In this document: piece by piece, positions 1 to 17,270 of the stretch
Position numbering within the stretch: the stretch's first letter is position 1
How the letters are laid out: each line of letters opens with the position of its first letter
NCBI RefSeq assembly: GCF_009914755.1
Contig: NC_060926.1
Reading direction: 5' to 3' (one strand)
Length of the DNA: 64,000 bases
From: the human T2T-CHM13v2.0 reference genome, Homo sapiens
Translations under genes and position numbers: made by a program
Notes under the pieces: model-generated
The model's input: only the letters and a program-made list of their open reading frames with translations
Databases searched by the model: none
Told to the model about the DNA's origin: nothing

Positions 1-54
1 GGTCACTATAAAAGAGCGTAAACTAGAAAAAAAAATACAAATTATCCAAGTTTT

Positions 55-254
55 ATTTTTATTTTTTTGAGGCGGAGCCTCACTCTGTTGCTCAGGCTGG
101 AGTGCAGTGGCGTGATCTCAGTTCACTGCAACCTCTGTCTCCCAAGGTTTCGCCATGTTGGCCAGGCTGGTCTTGAGCTCCTGACCTCAGGTGGTCCACC
201 CACCTCGGCCTCCCAAAGTGCTGGGATTACAGGCGTGAGCCACCGTGCCCAGCC
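55..254 (-). mobile_element. Alu with internal deletion
   Basis: Alu consensus ends; TSD TTATCCAAGTTTT at 42-54 and 258-270. Confidence 0.92.
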
Positions 255-344
255 CACTTATCCAAGTTTTCATGTAGTAAATCTACAGACTGATGTCAAT
301 AACAATGTTCTAAAGCATGAGTACTTAATGAAAAACATAATACA

Positions 345-697
<353 letters not shown>

Positions 698-707
698 CTA
701 GAAAAAG

Positions 708-986
708 GGTCGGGCGCAGTGGCTTATGCCTGTAATGCCAGCACCTTGGGAGGCCAAGACGGTTGGATCACGAGGTCAGGAGTTCAAGACCAGGTCAACA
801 TGGTGAAACCCCGTCTCTACTAAAAATACAAAAATTAGCTGGGCGTGGTAGCCCGCGCCTGTAATCCCAGCTACTCAGGAGGCTGAGGCAGGAGAATGGC
901 TTGAATCCGGGAGGCGGAGGTCGCAGTGAGCAGAGATCGCGCCACTCTGCACTCCAGCCTGGGCGACTGAGCAAAACTCTGTCTCC

Positions 987-1023
<37 letters not shown>
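708..1023 (+). mobile_element. AluS
   Basis: Full dimer with A/(GAAAA)n tail. Confidence 0.95.
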
Positions 1024-2336
1024 GTATTAATAGCTATAAAATTAAAGGAATTCATATCAACATTTACTTCAACTCTTAATGGCACTAACAGAACTAATGA
1101 GCAATACAGGTAATTTAAAGCCACTCTTCAGAGATACGTATTTCCTTTCTTGATTCTAGGATGCGATGTATAAGCAGAAACACTACAATAAAATGTACCC
1201 AACTAATCTGAAGATCATCCAGAGTTCAAAATATTAAAATACAAAAATAAAAAATGAAAAAAAATTAAGGATTTAGAGAACTTGTGCCAAAGTCAATGGT
1301 TCGCTTTTATCATGATATTGGAGTTAAGACTGAATTCAATTTCAGATGTCTTGGAGGATTTTTTAAAAAAAGATTAAACTAATTTCACCGATTGGTGCTG
1401 TGAAGAGAGGTTGGGAAAAACTTGGCAAAGATTTAAAAGTAACAGGCTCTAGATGATTTACATACATACACAAAAAGAGTATATTTCCATAAATGGATGA
1501 GACCTCAAGAAAGATTCTCTTCCAATCCCTTGTATACAAACAGCTGAAGCTTTACTCTTGTCTTTCTTATTTGCAGCCCTCAAAGTGTTTTCACAGTTAC
1601 GCTTTCAAGGTAGCTGGGGGGTTTACACCCTTCAAGCACTGAAACAGAATTTTAACTTTAATCATTTTGATTAAAAATATTTCCAAACCCAATTATGTTG
1701 TCTTTTAAGACAAGGATATTCTTAAAATAATATTAATACTTTCATATTATAAGATAATCATTAGGATCATGAAATAGTCTATTTTTTTGTGCTAGGATGA
1801 GACCTGAGATTGAGGCCCCATTTATCAGTACCAAGCTATTTTCTAGAATAAGTTATCCTAAATGCTTAGTTTGAGATTCTCATGAAAAGTTCATAGATTT
1901 TCCCCCCTTTCTTGCTGTCATGTTGCTGTTTCTAGCTGTCCATGGGCTAACTATAAAATCCTCTCTTCTCTGATAAACCGATAAAATAAGCTTAGGAGAC
2001 ATGTCTGTTTTTAAAGTAAGAGTAAACGGGCACTAAATGAGAGCTTAAGAGGTTTTTTCCAAGAAAGAACATGGGTTTTAGAACTATGCTATGCTGCTCA
2101 GAAGTCTTTATTGCTTCTGTTTCTTAGTGTTAAATGAAACTGCTGGGCACTTTATTCCAAATAGTTAAACTACTCATTTTTATCACTGTGCCCTGACTAG
2201 CTAACTCATTTGCCAGAGAGCACAGAACCAAAGAATCTCCAACAGCCAGGGCATGAGAAATTGGCTATATTTCACATGGCTAGCTAATAAATTTAAACAA
2301 CAATTATGAATGTAAGTTTTCAATCCTTAGCCTTAA

Positions 2337-2663
<327 letters not shown>

Positions 2664-2731
2664 TAACTAAGGCTAATCAAAACTTTTCCCTGCAGGAGAG
2701 AGAGAGAAAGAAAGTCAAACCAGTCACATAG

Positions 2732-3092
<361 letters not shown>

Positions 3093-3262
3093 TTCCCCTA
3101 TTTTTAAGTCTTAAACTGGGAAGTGTAGCCGTCCTCAAACTTAGTTGTACACTGTGTACACTTATGTATCTTGTAAAAACATATACATCCACACTTCCTA
3201 TGGAGTAGATATTGTAATTGACTTCATAATATTCATTCTATCCCATATGAATAGTCTGACCT

Positions 3263-3564
3263 TTTTTTTTTTTTTTTTTGAGACAAGATCTTGCTCTGTT
3301 GCTCAGGCAGAAGTGCAGTGGCACAATCATGGCTCACTGCAGCCTCGATCTCCTGGGCTCAAGTGATCCTTCCACCTCAGCCTCCCAAGTAGCTGAGCCC
3401 ACAGGTGCATACCACCATGCCCAGCTAATTAAAAAAATTTTTTTTGGAGAGATGGTGTCTTGCTGTATTGCCCTGACTGGTCTTGAATTTCTGGGCTCAA
3501 GCAATCCTCCCATCTCAGCCTCCTGAAGTGCTGGGATTACAGAAGTGAACCACAGCACCCAGCC
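3263..3564 (-). mobile_element. AluJ
   Basis: Diverged dimer with J-type diagnostics (ctcctgggctcaag). Confidence 0.9.
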
Positions 3565-3850
3565 CATTTATGGTGACTCCATACCCTAGGATTGGCAGGT
3601 CCAAGCCAATGTGGCCCAATGAGACACAAGAAGTTAACTTGCTTGGTTTTGGCTTCTGGGAAAGAGACGTCCTTCTCTCTTTTTTCCTGATAGATACAAA
3701 CAAGGATGACGGATGCATTATTTACAGAAGGCAGCCATCCTAGGTCCTTAAGGAGAACTAACCTAAGGCCCATGTTGGCACAATGAATAGGGCACAGCTA
3801 AGACAACAGCAGAAAATCAAACACAAAACTTCTTGTCATGTAAGGTTAAG

Positions 3851-4165
<315 letters not shown>

Positions 4166-4393
4166 AGTTTTCTTATAGTTTAAGCCAATTTAAATCAGAT
4201 TTAAGTTACATCCAAAAGCATCTTGAAATTTGAAAAAGCTCCGCTGTTCAAGATACATAACCAGGGTTGAAAGCCATTGGGACTAGAGCAGTAATAGCCT
4301 GAAATTCAAAAGAAATGAAACAAAGGGCGGGTGATATGAAGAACTGGAAAGGAAAATGAAAATAAGAATCAAAATCTAATCTGTGAGGCAAAC

Positions 4394-4527
4394 TTTTTAT
4401 TTTTTATTTTTTTAAGAGATAATGTCTTGCTATGTTGCCCAGACTGGTCTTGAACTCCTGGGCTCAAACAATCCTCCTGCTTCAGCCTTCCAGAGCAGCT
4501 AGGACTATTGTGCCACCACGCTTGGCT
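4394..4527 (-). mobile_element. Alu monomer (FLAM-like)
   Basis: Single left-arm monomer with T tail. Confidence 0.8.
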
Positions 4528-4693
4528 AAAAGGGCAAATGTTTAATCATAAAAATGTAAGTGCAAATCTCAAAATATGCACAATGTATAATTCTCTCTCT
4601 GGATCATCTTTTAGCAGTGATCACCACAGTACAAGTACATAAATGCTGTATAATAACTATAACAAATCTAAGAACAATTAGCCCAAAGACTTA

Positions 4694-5042
<349 letters not shown>

Positions 5043-5603
5043 CCACCATACACACACAAAACAAAACGAAACAAAAGTTTTCCCCTTGCCTTCAAATCTA
5101 TTTCAATATAGAAAATAAAACCAAAACATTGTTGTTAGGTTAGCTCAACATATAGTAGTCTCAAGTTAAAAATGCTATAGGAGAGCTAATGAGCTAATTA
5201 TTAAATTAGAATTCTATTTACACTTTCTTGTTAGGAATAATCACTAGTTGATTTTATAAAAGATATTCTGCTTTCAGGCCAACAGAGAAACAGAATTAAA
5301 TAAAAATATACTTTAATGTCTACAAGTGCTCTTAAACAGCTCGTTTACATGGCTCTGAAACAACACAGCTAAAGAAAACTTAAGCGAAACCTATAATCAA
5401 ATCATAAAGGCATTAGTTTAATAAACTCTTCTTTAAAGAAAGGGTCTACAGACAGCTCCTAATTTATGAAGTACCTAAATAAAAGTGGTAACTTTATTTC
5501 AAAAGTTTCCCCTAGTTCTCACTAGACCTAATATTTTGGGGTTATGGCATAACAGTTTTTCAAGGAATTGGTTAAATCTGAAGAAATATAGCATCCTCCT
5601 CTA

Positions 5604-5975
<372 letters not shown>

Positions 5976-6172
5976 TTACAATACGGCATATGTGCTGGAA
6001 TTTTTAATTTATTTCCATTAAAAAGCTGGTAATTTGGTCATGTTTACAAAGGCATGTGACTTCATTGATCTTCACAGTTATAAGACTAACATAACTATGG
6101 TAGTTAAACAGAATCCCTCCTAATTAAATGTTCCTATTCATTAAATATAAAAAAGCATTTATTAAGTACTCA

Positions 6173-6550
<378 letters not shown>

Positions 6551-7118
6551 CAAGAATCTAGATTAAATAATGGTAAATAAGAGACTAGATTTAATAAATT
6601 ATTTATGTTATAAACAAACAATAGAGGCTCTGTCAAGATGAATAAAAGTCCACAGAGGTCAGGTAAATCACTAACTTACTCACTAGGGCAATGACATATC
6701 TATGAATTAGGTATTTTCACCCACATCAAGTGACAGAATTGAAAAGAAGCAAAGCCTTGAAATTTACTTCTACTAAATGAATCAACATGTATTATAATAG
6801 TCTATTTGTTATGTGAGACAAGAACACTCTTTCCTCATTTATTTGCCAACAATACTTTAAGTAAAATATTAGTGTAACACTTGACAAGACTTTCATTCTA
6901 CGTGTACAAACAAAACACCTGGGCGCTTGTTAGTTTAAACCTATTTATAGAGTAAAATTTTCTTAAACTAAAAATTTCCTGAACTGTTTCCTGTTTCCAC
7001 AGGAATTAACAGAGTTGTGTTAATTGTAGATATACATGAACCACAGTGTCTGGCAGGTAATAAGTGCTCAATAAATACCCATCAATAAACAAACTGCAGC
7101 AGAACCTGATTGTATCTT

Positions 7119-7607
7119 TGTGACAGAAACTGCTATCACCCCAAATCTATTTACCCCTTCGGTGATAGAACCCAGATTTTAACCTGCACAGATGAACATC
7201 TTGAATAAAGCTCACATTTCTCAGCTGCTCTTATTACTGAGTTGGCCATCTGACTAGGTTTTGGCCAATGGGCTACATGGCCAATGGGCTACAGGTGTCC
7301 TGTATGACTTCTGAGATATGTTCTAAAAGAAAGAAAGAAGGCCCTTCTTCACCCTTTCTGCTTCCTGCTAGAAAGAATGTTGGAGAGTGAACAAATAGTT
7401 TGAACCATAAAGGCTGTGTTTACAGACTGCAGACTAATAAATAAAACAGGGGCCTAGGTCCCTAATGTCATAGTGGAGCCTTCATACCAACTCTAGATGC
7501 TTACCTGTAGACTTTCATCACAACAGAGAGGAATAAACTTCTATCTTGTTAAACAACTGTTGTTTTGGGTTTCCTGTCACTCTGGCAGATCTAATTTTAA
7601 TTAATAG
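7119..7607 (+). mobile_element. Old MaLR LTR (MLT1J/K-like)
   Basis: catttctcagc...tgactaggttttggccaatg...gaggaataaacttctatcttgttaaacaactg. Confidence 0.6.
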
Positions 7608-7679
7608 TCATACAAAGTAAAAACACTCTACATTTGTGTAAAAATCTTAAATAAATTTAAGACACTGGTGGAAACAACA

Positions 7680-7845
7680 TGGGATATTATTAGAGTCAAC
7701 AAAATGTGTTCAAATACCAGCCCCAATACTTAGCTATATGATTGTGGGCAGACACTCAGCCTCATTGAGCCTCAGTTTCCACATGGGTAAAATGGCAGAA
7801 AAATATTTACTTCTGAGAACCACTGTGAGGATTAACTATGATAAA
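7680..7845 (+). mobile_element. MIR
   Basis: MIR core: tgagcctcagtttccacatgggtaaaatgg...tgtgaggattaa. Confidence 0.7.
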
Positions 7846-7911
7846 GGGAGAAAGAAGGAAACAAAGGAAAAACAAATAATCAGCAAAGATACTTTTAAAA
7901 ACATTAGCTGG

Positions 7912-8210
7912 GGTCAGGTACAGTGGCTCATGCCTATAATCCCAGCACGTTGGGAGGCTGAGGCAGGAAGAATCACTTGCAGCCAGGAGTTCAAGACCAA
8001 TCTGGGCAACATAGCAAGACTCCCATCTCTACCGAAAAAAAATTGGCTGGGCATGGTGGCACACAACTGTAGCAGCTACTTGAAAGGCTGAAGCAGGAGG
8101 AACTCCTGAGCCCAGGAGTTTGAGGCTGCAGTGACCTAGGATCTTGCCACTGCACTTCAGCCTGGACAAGTCAGACCCCTTCTGCTTCAAAAAAAAAAAA
8201 AAAAAAAAAA
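7912..8210 (+). mobile_element. AluJ
   Basis: Diverged dimer with poly(A). Confidence 0.9.
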
Positions 8211-8416
8211 GTGGGAAAGGGAAATAAAAATGATTCAAAACCCAAAAATAACGTGGAAAGCAGGTAATTCAAATACACTCTATCTCATCTTTTATAACAT
8301 ACAACATCTACAAAATGAGGGTGCTGTGTTACAGGGTATCTAAAAGTTCTTCCAGCACTAAAAAACTGCGTCCCAAAATGATGTGTTCTGTTACACATAT
8401 CTACGCTAGCAAGTTT

Positions 8417-8714
8417 GTTTTTTTTTTTTTCTTTTGAGACGGAGTCTTGCTCTGTCGCCAGGCTGGAGTACAGTGGCGTGATCTAAGCTCACTGCAAACT
8501 CCGCCTCTCGGGTTCAAGCGATTCTCCTGCCTCAGCCTCCCGAGTAGCTAGGATTACAGGCGCGCACCACCATGACCAGCTAATGTTTATATTTTTAGTA
8601 GAGATGAGGTTTCACCATGTTGGCCAGGATGGTCTCGATCTCCTGACCTCGTGATCTGCCCACCTCGGCCTCCCAAAGTGCTGGGATTACAGGCGTGAGC
8701 CACTGCGCCCGGCC
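8417..8714 (-). mobile_element. AluS (Sc-like)
   Basis: Full dimer; TSD GCTAGCAAGTTT. Confidence 0.94.
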
Positions 8715-9094
8715 TATGCTAGCAAGTTTTCCTAAAACCTTTCAGCTGCATGTCACTTTGAGAAAAAATACCCACCCTCCAAACATACTTTGATAACAGC
8801 CAGGATTCTCCATGATGAGCCTTGATCATCTTCAGACTACTTTTAAATATGAACACTGTTCTGACTCTGCAAAATGTTTTGTGTTCTCTGGCATCTTTTA
8901 TATGTACTCAAAAACAGAGTTGCAATATCTAAGAATTAAGGCCCTCTGATGATACTCACAACTTATAAATAAGCTACCTGAAAACTAAAAATCTAATTGC
9001 TCCCAGGTTCCAGATTTTGTCTAACATTGCTTCATTTAATTAATTGCTTTAATTACTTAATTTCATTATTCTCTCCTCTCTTTATTGGTACAGT

Positions 9095-9482
9095 GCAGTA
9101 TCAGTCAGATAGGCTAGTTTAAGCTGCAGTAACAAATCCCGAAAATCTCCAGTCTAGCTTAAAACAACAAAGATTTATTTGTTGTTCACTTTACATGTTT
9201 ATCCTGAGTTAGTGAAGAGCTCTGCTCCATAGAATCATCCTCCACTGGAACTCAGCTTATGGAGCAGCTATTCTTTTGAAACACTGCTAGTTGCAGCAGC
9301 AGAAATAAAAGAGAGTTCTGGAAGTTCTCATACTGGCAATTAAATGATTGGCCTGGAAGTGACACACCAACTTCCATTCACAACTCTTTGGTCAGAACTG
9401 TTCACACGGCCCAATGACAAAGGGGTCAGGAAGTGCCAGATGGAGGAGAGCCAAAAATAATTACTAAGCAGTATAAATGATT
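9095..9482 (-). mobile_element. Old MaLR LTR (MLT1K/L-like)
   Basis: gtatcagtcagataggcta...gctgcagtaacaaa...gcttaaaacaacaaagatttattt...ggaagtgacacac. Confidence 0.55.
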
Positions 9483-10106
9483 ACTGTAAGTCCCAGTCTA
9501 ACGACACATATGAAAAAGGTTAAATGTTTTTAGTGATATAGATTTGAGAAATTATTAATTCTAATGGCCATTTGATCACTTAAGAACATCAGGACCTTAA
9601 GCTTCACTGAAATCACAAACATAAACTTCCAGATTCCAGGGGAATCTATATCAAATGCCTGGAGTAAGTCAATAAAGAACTGACACACATTATCTGCATA
9701 TTGTTATCTATGTAGACATGGATACATACATACATACATATTCTCCTAAAGACATAGTACATTTCCAGGGAAATAGAGATGACAATGTCAGCCCAAATTT
9801 GAGGCTTTAAAAAAACCCATTAATTCATCCCATGTTAGTTTCTCATGTCCAATAATTAGAAACAACAATTTTTTTTAAGTCTCTGAATATGGGCCAAACA
9901 GTTAGCAAGAGTCATATACTTAAATGCCTGAAGATCACAGGTAAAGAAAGTGAGTGAAGTAAAACATTAACATCAGAGGAGGCAGAGAACTGAAGAACTT
10001 AAGGCCCACACAATCCTTACCCACTGCAAATCCCTGGACAACTACTGCCATGTCAGAATTCAAGCCAGTGTTACTGGATGGTCCGAAATGTATAAAGCAG
10101 CTGGGA

Positions 10107-10246
10107 TTCCAGCTATTCAGGAGGCTGAGGCAGGAGAATCACTTGAACCCGGGAGGCGGAGGTTGCAGTGAGCCGAGATCGCGCCACTGCACTACAGCCT
10201 GGGGGTAGAGCAAGACTCTACCTCCAAAAAAAAAAAAAAAAAAAAA
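10107..10246 (+). mobile_element. 5'-truncated Alu (right arm)
   Basis: Right monomer plus poly(A); flanked by AGCTGGGA. Confidence 0.9.
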
Positions 10247-10559
10247 GCTGGGAATCAAGACTATGTGAAATCTCTGGAAGCTTTCATGTTCTTCTCATTA
10301 TTCCTGGGTACCCTGAAATTTCACAATATGCCACAGTGTGGGCCTTTTAACATTCACTGTCATGAATGCTTGCTGGGCCCTTCCAATTGCAAATTCATGT
10401 ACTTTATTTTTGAGAAATTTTCTTGAAATATTTGTTTGAATTACTTCTCAATTTTTTATTTCTGGAACTCCTAATATTTGAGAGTTGGACCTCCCAGACT
10501 GACAGCTCTCTACTTTAATCGCCCACATTCCATATTTTTGTTTTAAAATTCCAGTTCCC

Positions 10560-11777
10560 CAACCATTGTTGTCATTGCCCAGTAGGCTCATAAACAAAGT
10601 GGCCATACTGGGAGGAATGGAGGTTATACATGGGCTTAGCAACAGGGACTTCTACTTGCCAAGGTTGATTTGGCTATGGCTGCTGTTGAGCGTCCAATTT
10701 GGTAGCAGCAGAGGCCAATACTTAGCCCCCAATATAGTACCATTTCCTGGGGTGATCAGCCAGGTACCTAGTGGCAGGTGGATTACACTGGACCATTTCC
10801 ATGATGAAAAAGGCAACATTTGTTCTCACTGGCATAGACACTTCACAGCAAATGAAAGGCAGCAATGGGCCCATGTTCATGGAATTCGCTGGTCTTACCC
10901 CGTTCCCAGCATCCTGAAGCAGCTGGCTTCACAGAACAAAGAAGTGGCCTTTTGAAGATTCAGTTACAACGTTAGCTAGGTGGCAATACTTTGTAGGGTT
11001 GAGGCAAAGTTCTACAGGAGACTGTGTGTTCTGAATCAGTGTGCTATATACAGTGTTATTTCTTCCACGGCCAGAATTCACAGGTCCAGGAAACAAACGG
11101 TGGAAATAGGAGTGACACCACTTATTTATTACCCATAGTAACTCACTAACGAAATTTCTGCTTCTTGTCTCTGTGAGCTTATGCTCTGCTGGCCTAAAAG
11201 TTTTAGTTCTAGGCTTTTATCAAGAGACACAATAATGATTTCACTGGAAGTTAAGACTGCCACCTGGCCATTTTGGACTCCTTATGCCTTTGAATCAACT
11301 GGCAAAGAAGGGTGTTATTGTGCTGGCTGGAGTGACTGATCTTGACAACCAAGCGGTAACTAACTCTACAATGAAGGAAAGGAAAAGTTATATCTGAAAT
11401 ACAGGAGATCCCCTAAGGCAACTCTCTTAGCAGTACCATGCCCTCTAATCAAATGCAATGGAAAACTACAACAACCCAATTCAGGTGGGACTACTAATGG
11501 CCCAGACACATCAGGAATGAAGGTTTGGGTTATCCCACCAGGTAAAGATCCACGGCCAGCTGAAGTACTTGCTGAAGGCAAAAAGAGTACAGAATGGGTA
11601 GTGGTAGTTATAAAGAAGTTATAAAGAAGGTAGTTATAAATACCACATAGTATGTAAGTTATAGGATTTCAAGAAGAGCAAACCCCACTCACGTGTTTTG
11701 CATCCTTTTTTGGGGCAAGGGTTAGTACACTTTTGGTCATAAACAGGATAGTCATATCCTATTAGGTGGAAGTATGA
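10560..11777 (+). mobile_element. ERV-L (HERV-L/ERVL-type) internal fragment: integrase plus dUTPase, decayed
   Basis: Broken translation follows ERV-L pol: HHCC region, WQVDY.GP, VLTGIDT, HFTANE..QWAH.HGI.WSY, WKLRLPPGHFGLL, VLAGV.D, GMKVWV.PPGK.PRPAEVLAEG. Confidence 0.88.
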
Positions 11778-12153
<376 letters not shown>

Positions 12154-12267
12154 ACATGGATTTTTAAATTAGTGTTATTGCTACTTACCATCTCATTCTG
12201 CTTCTTAAGTTTTCTGCTCTGTACTACCCATAAATCTAAAGAGTTGCTTCTGATTGCTACATAGTCT

Positions 12268-12705
12268 CTGTGTGTGGGCTGAATTGTGCCTCTTAAAATG
12301 GTATTATGTCCTAATCCCTGATACCTGTGAACGTGGCCATATTTGGAAATAGGGTCTTTGAAAATGCAAGTTAAGGGAGGTCTTTAGGGTGGGGCCTAAT
12401 TCAATAGGACTAGTGTCCTCATAAAAAGAGGAAAGTGCCAATGTGAAGACAAACACAGAGGGAGAATGCTATGTGACAAGAGGCAGAGACTGAAGTGATG
12501 CAGCTGCAAACCAAGGAATACCAAGGATTAACAGCTACTACCATAATCTACAAATAGGCAAGGAAAGATTCTACCCAGATTCTCAAAGAATCATGGTGCT
12601 GCTGCTACTTTGATTTTAAACAGAAGTGTAAGAGAATAAATTTCTGTTGTTTCAAGCTCCCAGTGTGTGGCAGTTTGATATGGTAGCACTAGAAAAGCTA
12701 GTATG
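12268..12705 (+). mobile_element. MaLR LTR (MLT1B/C-like)
   Basis: tgggctgaattgtg...atttggaaatagggtctttg...gaggcagagactgaagtgatgcagc...aataaatttctgttgtttcaagc. Confidence 0.8.
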
Positions 12706-12949
12706 AGCACTCACAAATTTTACTTATCTACATTCAGACTGATATGTGGAACACACAGGCTGTCACCAACTTCCTGCCACTACAAATAATATGGCAATGA
12801 ATACCCATGTACATATCCCTTTATGAAACTCTTACAAATACTCTGAGATGTCTAAAAATGAAATTACTGGATCATAGGACATGCACATACTACTACTTGA
12901 GCTCCAGAATGGCTGCAAAGTCTACGCTCACTAACACTTGGCATTATCC

Positions 12950-13430
12950 TCCGCAGGGGTTTTAGAAAGTCCACAAATGCTTTGATACTCCTCTTCCTTG
13001 AGTATTGATACTCCTCCCCTTAAGTATTGGTTGAGCTTAGTGACTTCTAATGAACAGGAAGTGGTGATAGTATGCAATTTGGGAGAGTAGGTGATAAAAG
13101 ACACAGTAGCTACCTGCTTGCTCTCTTCGATTACTTGCTCTGGACAAAGCCACGTGCCCTATCACCAGAAGACGCTTTATGAATCCACTCAAGCAGCCCT
13201 GTGGATAGGACCAGGCAACAGAAAATTGAGACCTTCTGCAAACAATTAGCAAGACACTGAAGCCTCTTGCCAACAGCTACGTGAATGAGACATCCTGAAA
13301 GCACATACTCCAGCCCCAGTCAAGACTTCAAATGACTATAGCCCTGGCCGACAGTTTGAGTGCAACCTAATGAGACTTTGATAAAGATGTTAAATTTGGG
13401 GGTAATCTGTCATGAAAGACAACTAAATGC
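12950..13430 (+). mobile_element. MaLR LTR (MLT1E/F-like)
   Basis: gagcttagtgacttctaatgaacag...ccagccccagtcaagacttcaaatgactatagccctggccgacag. Confidence 0.6.
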
Positions 13431-14177
13431 ATTCATTCAGTTTTCTGGTTTTTCTTCCCCTCAAACTAATAGGTATAAAATGAGATCTCATTTTAATTTA
13501 CATTTTTTCTGATGACTAATTATTTGAACATGTCTTCATAGGTTTATTAGCTTTGAGGTTCATTCCATAAACCGCCTATTTAGAACCTTTGTGTATTTTT
13601 ATATTAGGGTGGCTATCTTTTTCCTTTTGATTTCCAGGAGTTCCTTGAATCCTGTAGATGTTAAATCCCTTGTTAGATTTCACATTTTGAAAACATCTTT
13701 TCCCATACTATCATGATGTCCCTTCAATGCACAGAACTCTTTAATTCTGACATAAACAAATTCATTCCACTTTTTGACATGAGCAATGTGCTTTTAAAGT
13801 TCTGTAAACAATCTTTTCCCAATACTGGGGATAATCTGTCAACATTTCTATACGTTCCACATGTCATATATATTTTGATGTTTTTAATTTACAAGAGCTC
13901 ATTTTTGTTCTTTAATGATCCTTATTTATAACCTCCAGTTCTGACTTCACAAATAACAGTAGCTTCTTTTATCCCTCTGAATCTTAGTTTCTTTCACGTT
14001 TTCTTTTTCCGGCACCATTTCTGCTGCTTCCAATGCTCTGGCTTCCATCTTTCCTGTTATAAGTTTACCTCAATTCTCTGGTAATCTCCAGCTATCCATA
14101 AATGTATTAGAGTTAAGGCATAAAATGCTGTTTAGAAATTCTGTGTGAGGTTTTAACTGGTAGGATTTAGTGTAGAG

Positions 14178-14982
<805 letters not shown>

Positions 14983-15346
14983 TTGTAGAGTAATAAAGTA
15001 GGAACACACAAAGTTTCAGTGTCACTACTGGTAAGTCTATGGATTTATTTTTAGACAGGTTTTCCCAGAAAGTACTCTTCTAGCCTCTTCTTGAAAGGTG
15101 TAAATCTAGACGCTAGCACTCAAGGAGGCAGAGGTTTAAAGCACTGGGATGCTCAACTTTTCATATGCAGACTTGCCATTTAATCAACATTTTAGGTTTG
15201 AAGGCCCTTCCCTTATCTGTATCTGGTATTTCTCTCCCACAATAAGCCTCAGCTTTCCGCCTTGATGGTAAAGAGGCAAATACCTGGTTGCACAGGACAC
15301 AGAAAGGAAGCTAAGAAGTCTAACTGCTCTTTTTAAAGTCTTACAA

Positions 15347-15594
15347 CCAGTGCTCCTGGGTTTTATCCTTGCCCTACACGTGGCCCTCAAAGGCACCTGT
15401 GTCTCTAATTCCTTAGTCTTTTGAGGTTCTTTGGCATGATTTGGATTATTTCCTGTAGCTTCCATACCTTCCCAGTGCTCCTGGGTTTTATCCTTGCCCT
15501 ACATATGGCCCTCAAAGGCACTTGTGTCTCTTATTCCTTAGTCTTTTGGGGTTCTTTGGCATGATTTGGCTTATTTCTTGTAGCTTCCATACCT
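15347..15594. repeat. 125-bp tandem duplication
   Basis: Copies start at 15347 and 15472; 7 mismatches over 123 bp. Confidence 0.92.
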
Positions 15595-15790
15595 GCCGGC
15601 TGTTTCAACTTTATTGGGTACACTAAGTTGCTACCCATTCACTCACTTTTCAGTTTCCAAACTGATTTATTTTGTCCCTCTTACCCTTTTCTCTGTTCTT
15701 GTGGGTTTATGCCTTTTAAAAATTATGTTACTGTAACATGATTTCAATTAAAAACAAAGATATGTATGTGTTCAACTTACCACATTTTCA

Positions 15791-16180
<390 letters not shown>

Positions 16181-16445
16181 TATATAACTTTAAAATATAC
16201 ATTAATCCACTGTAATTATATTTCTATTTTGTTGTGTTACATTTATCCTGATTTTCCTTTACTTCCTATTCCCCCTTTTCCTCTCATGCTTTAACCCTCA
16301 ACATACCATTTACTACCTGGGTCCAAAGGATGCCTTAAAAATTTTTTTAGGTTATTTTACAAATAATTTACAGAGACAGTGCAAGACAACTTTTAAAATA
16401 AATTTTAAAAGGAACTTAAATACAGCAAATACCTCTTTGTACTAA

Positions 16446-16778
<333 letters not shown>

Positions 16779-17039
16779 ACATACAAAATTTAAAAAACAT
16801 TGTCTCAGGACTTTTTTTTTTTTTTTTTTTTAAAGCAAAAAGGGATGGTTCAGGTTCATGTTGTGAAATATTCCTGTTGAATGACTAACTGGATAAAAAT
16901 ACCATATTTTCTTTGTCAAAACGTCTTCTGCATTCAATTCTTAAGTCTGAGAAAATTCATACAGGATATGATCATCTCAAGAATCAAAGTCTGACTTCAT
17001 TTATATGCTCAATTTCACTATCATTATTGGCGTATGGAA

Positions 17040-17270
17040 CAGCAATATCTAATATAACTTTCCACAACGATGACAATGTTCCGTATCTGTGCAGTCCAAC
17101 ATGGCAGCCAGCCACCGTGAAGTAAGAGTAATTGTAAGTTGTATTCTTCTCCTACATAACCCCTTAAAAGTGTGATGAGGAATGGAATTTTAAATTTTAT
17201 TAATTTTAATTATTTTAAATATACATAGTCACATGTGGCAAGTGGCTACCATATTGGACAACTTAGGTCT
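17040..17270. mobile_element. MER3-like hAT-Charlie MITE
   Basis: tctaatataactttccacaacgatgacaatgttc...atagtcacatgtggcaagtggctaccatattggaca. Confidence 0.65.

Noticed and set aside
10566-10955. 129-aa ORF as a domesticated retroviral gene
   Set aside because: Mostly out of frame with the integrase, which itself has stops and an internal deletion.
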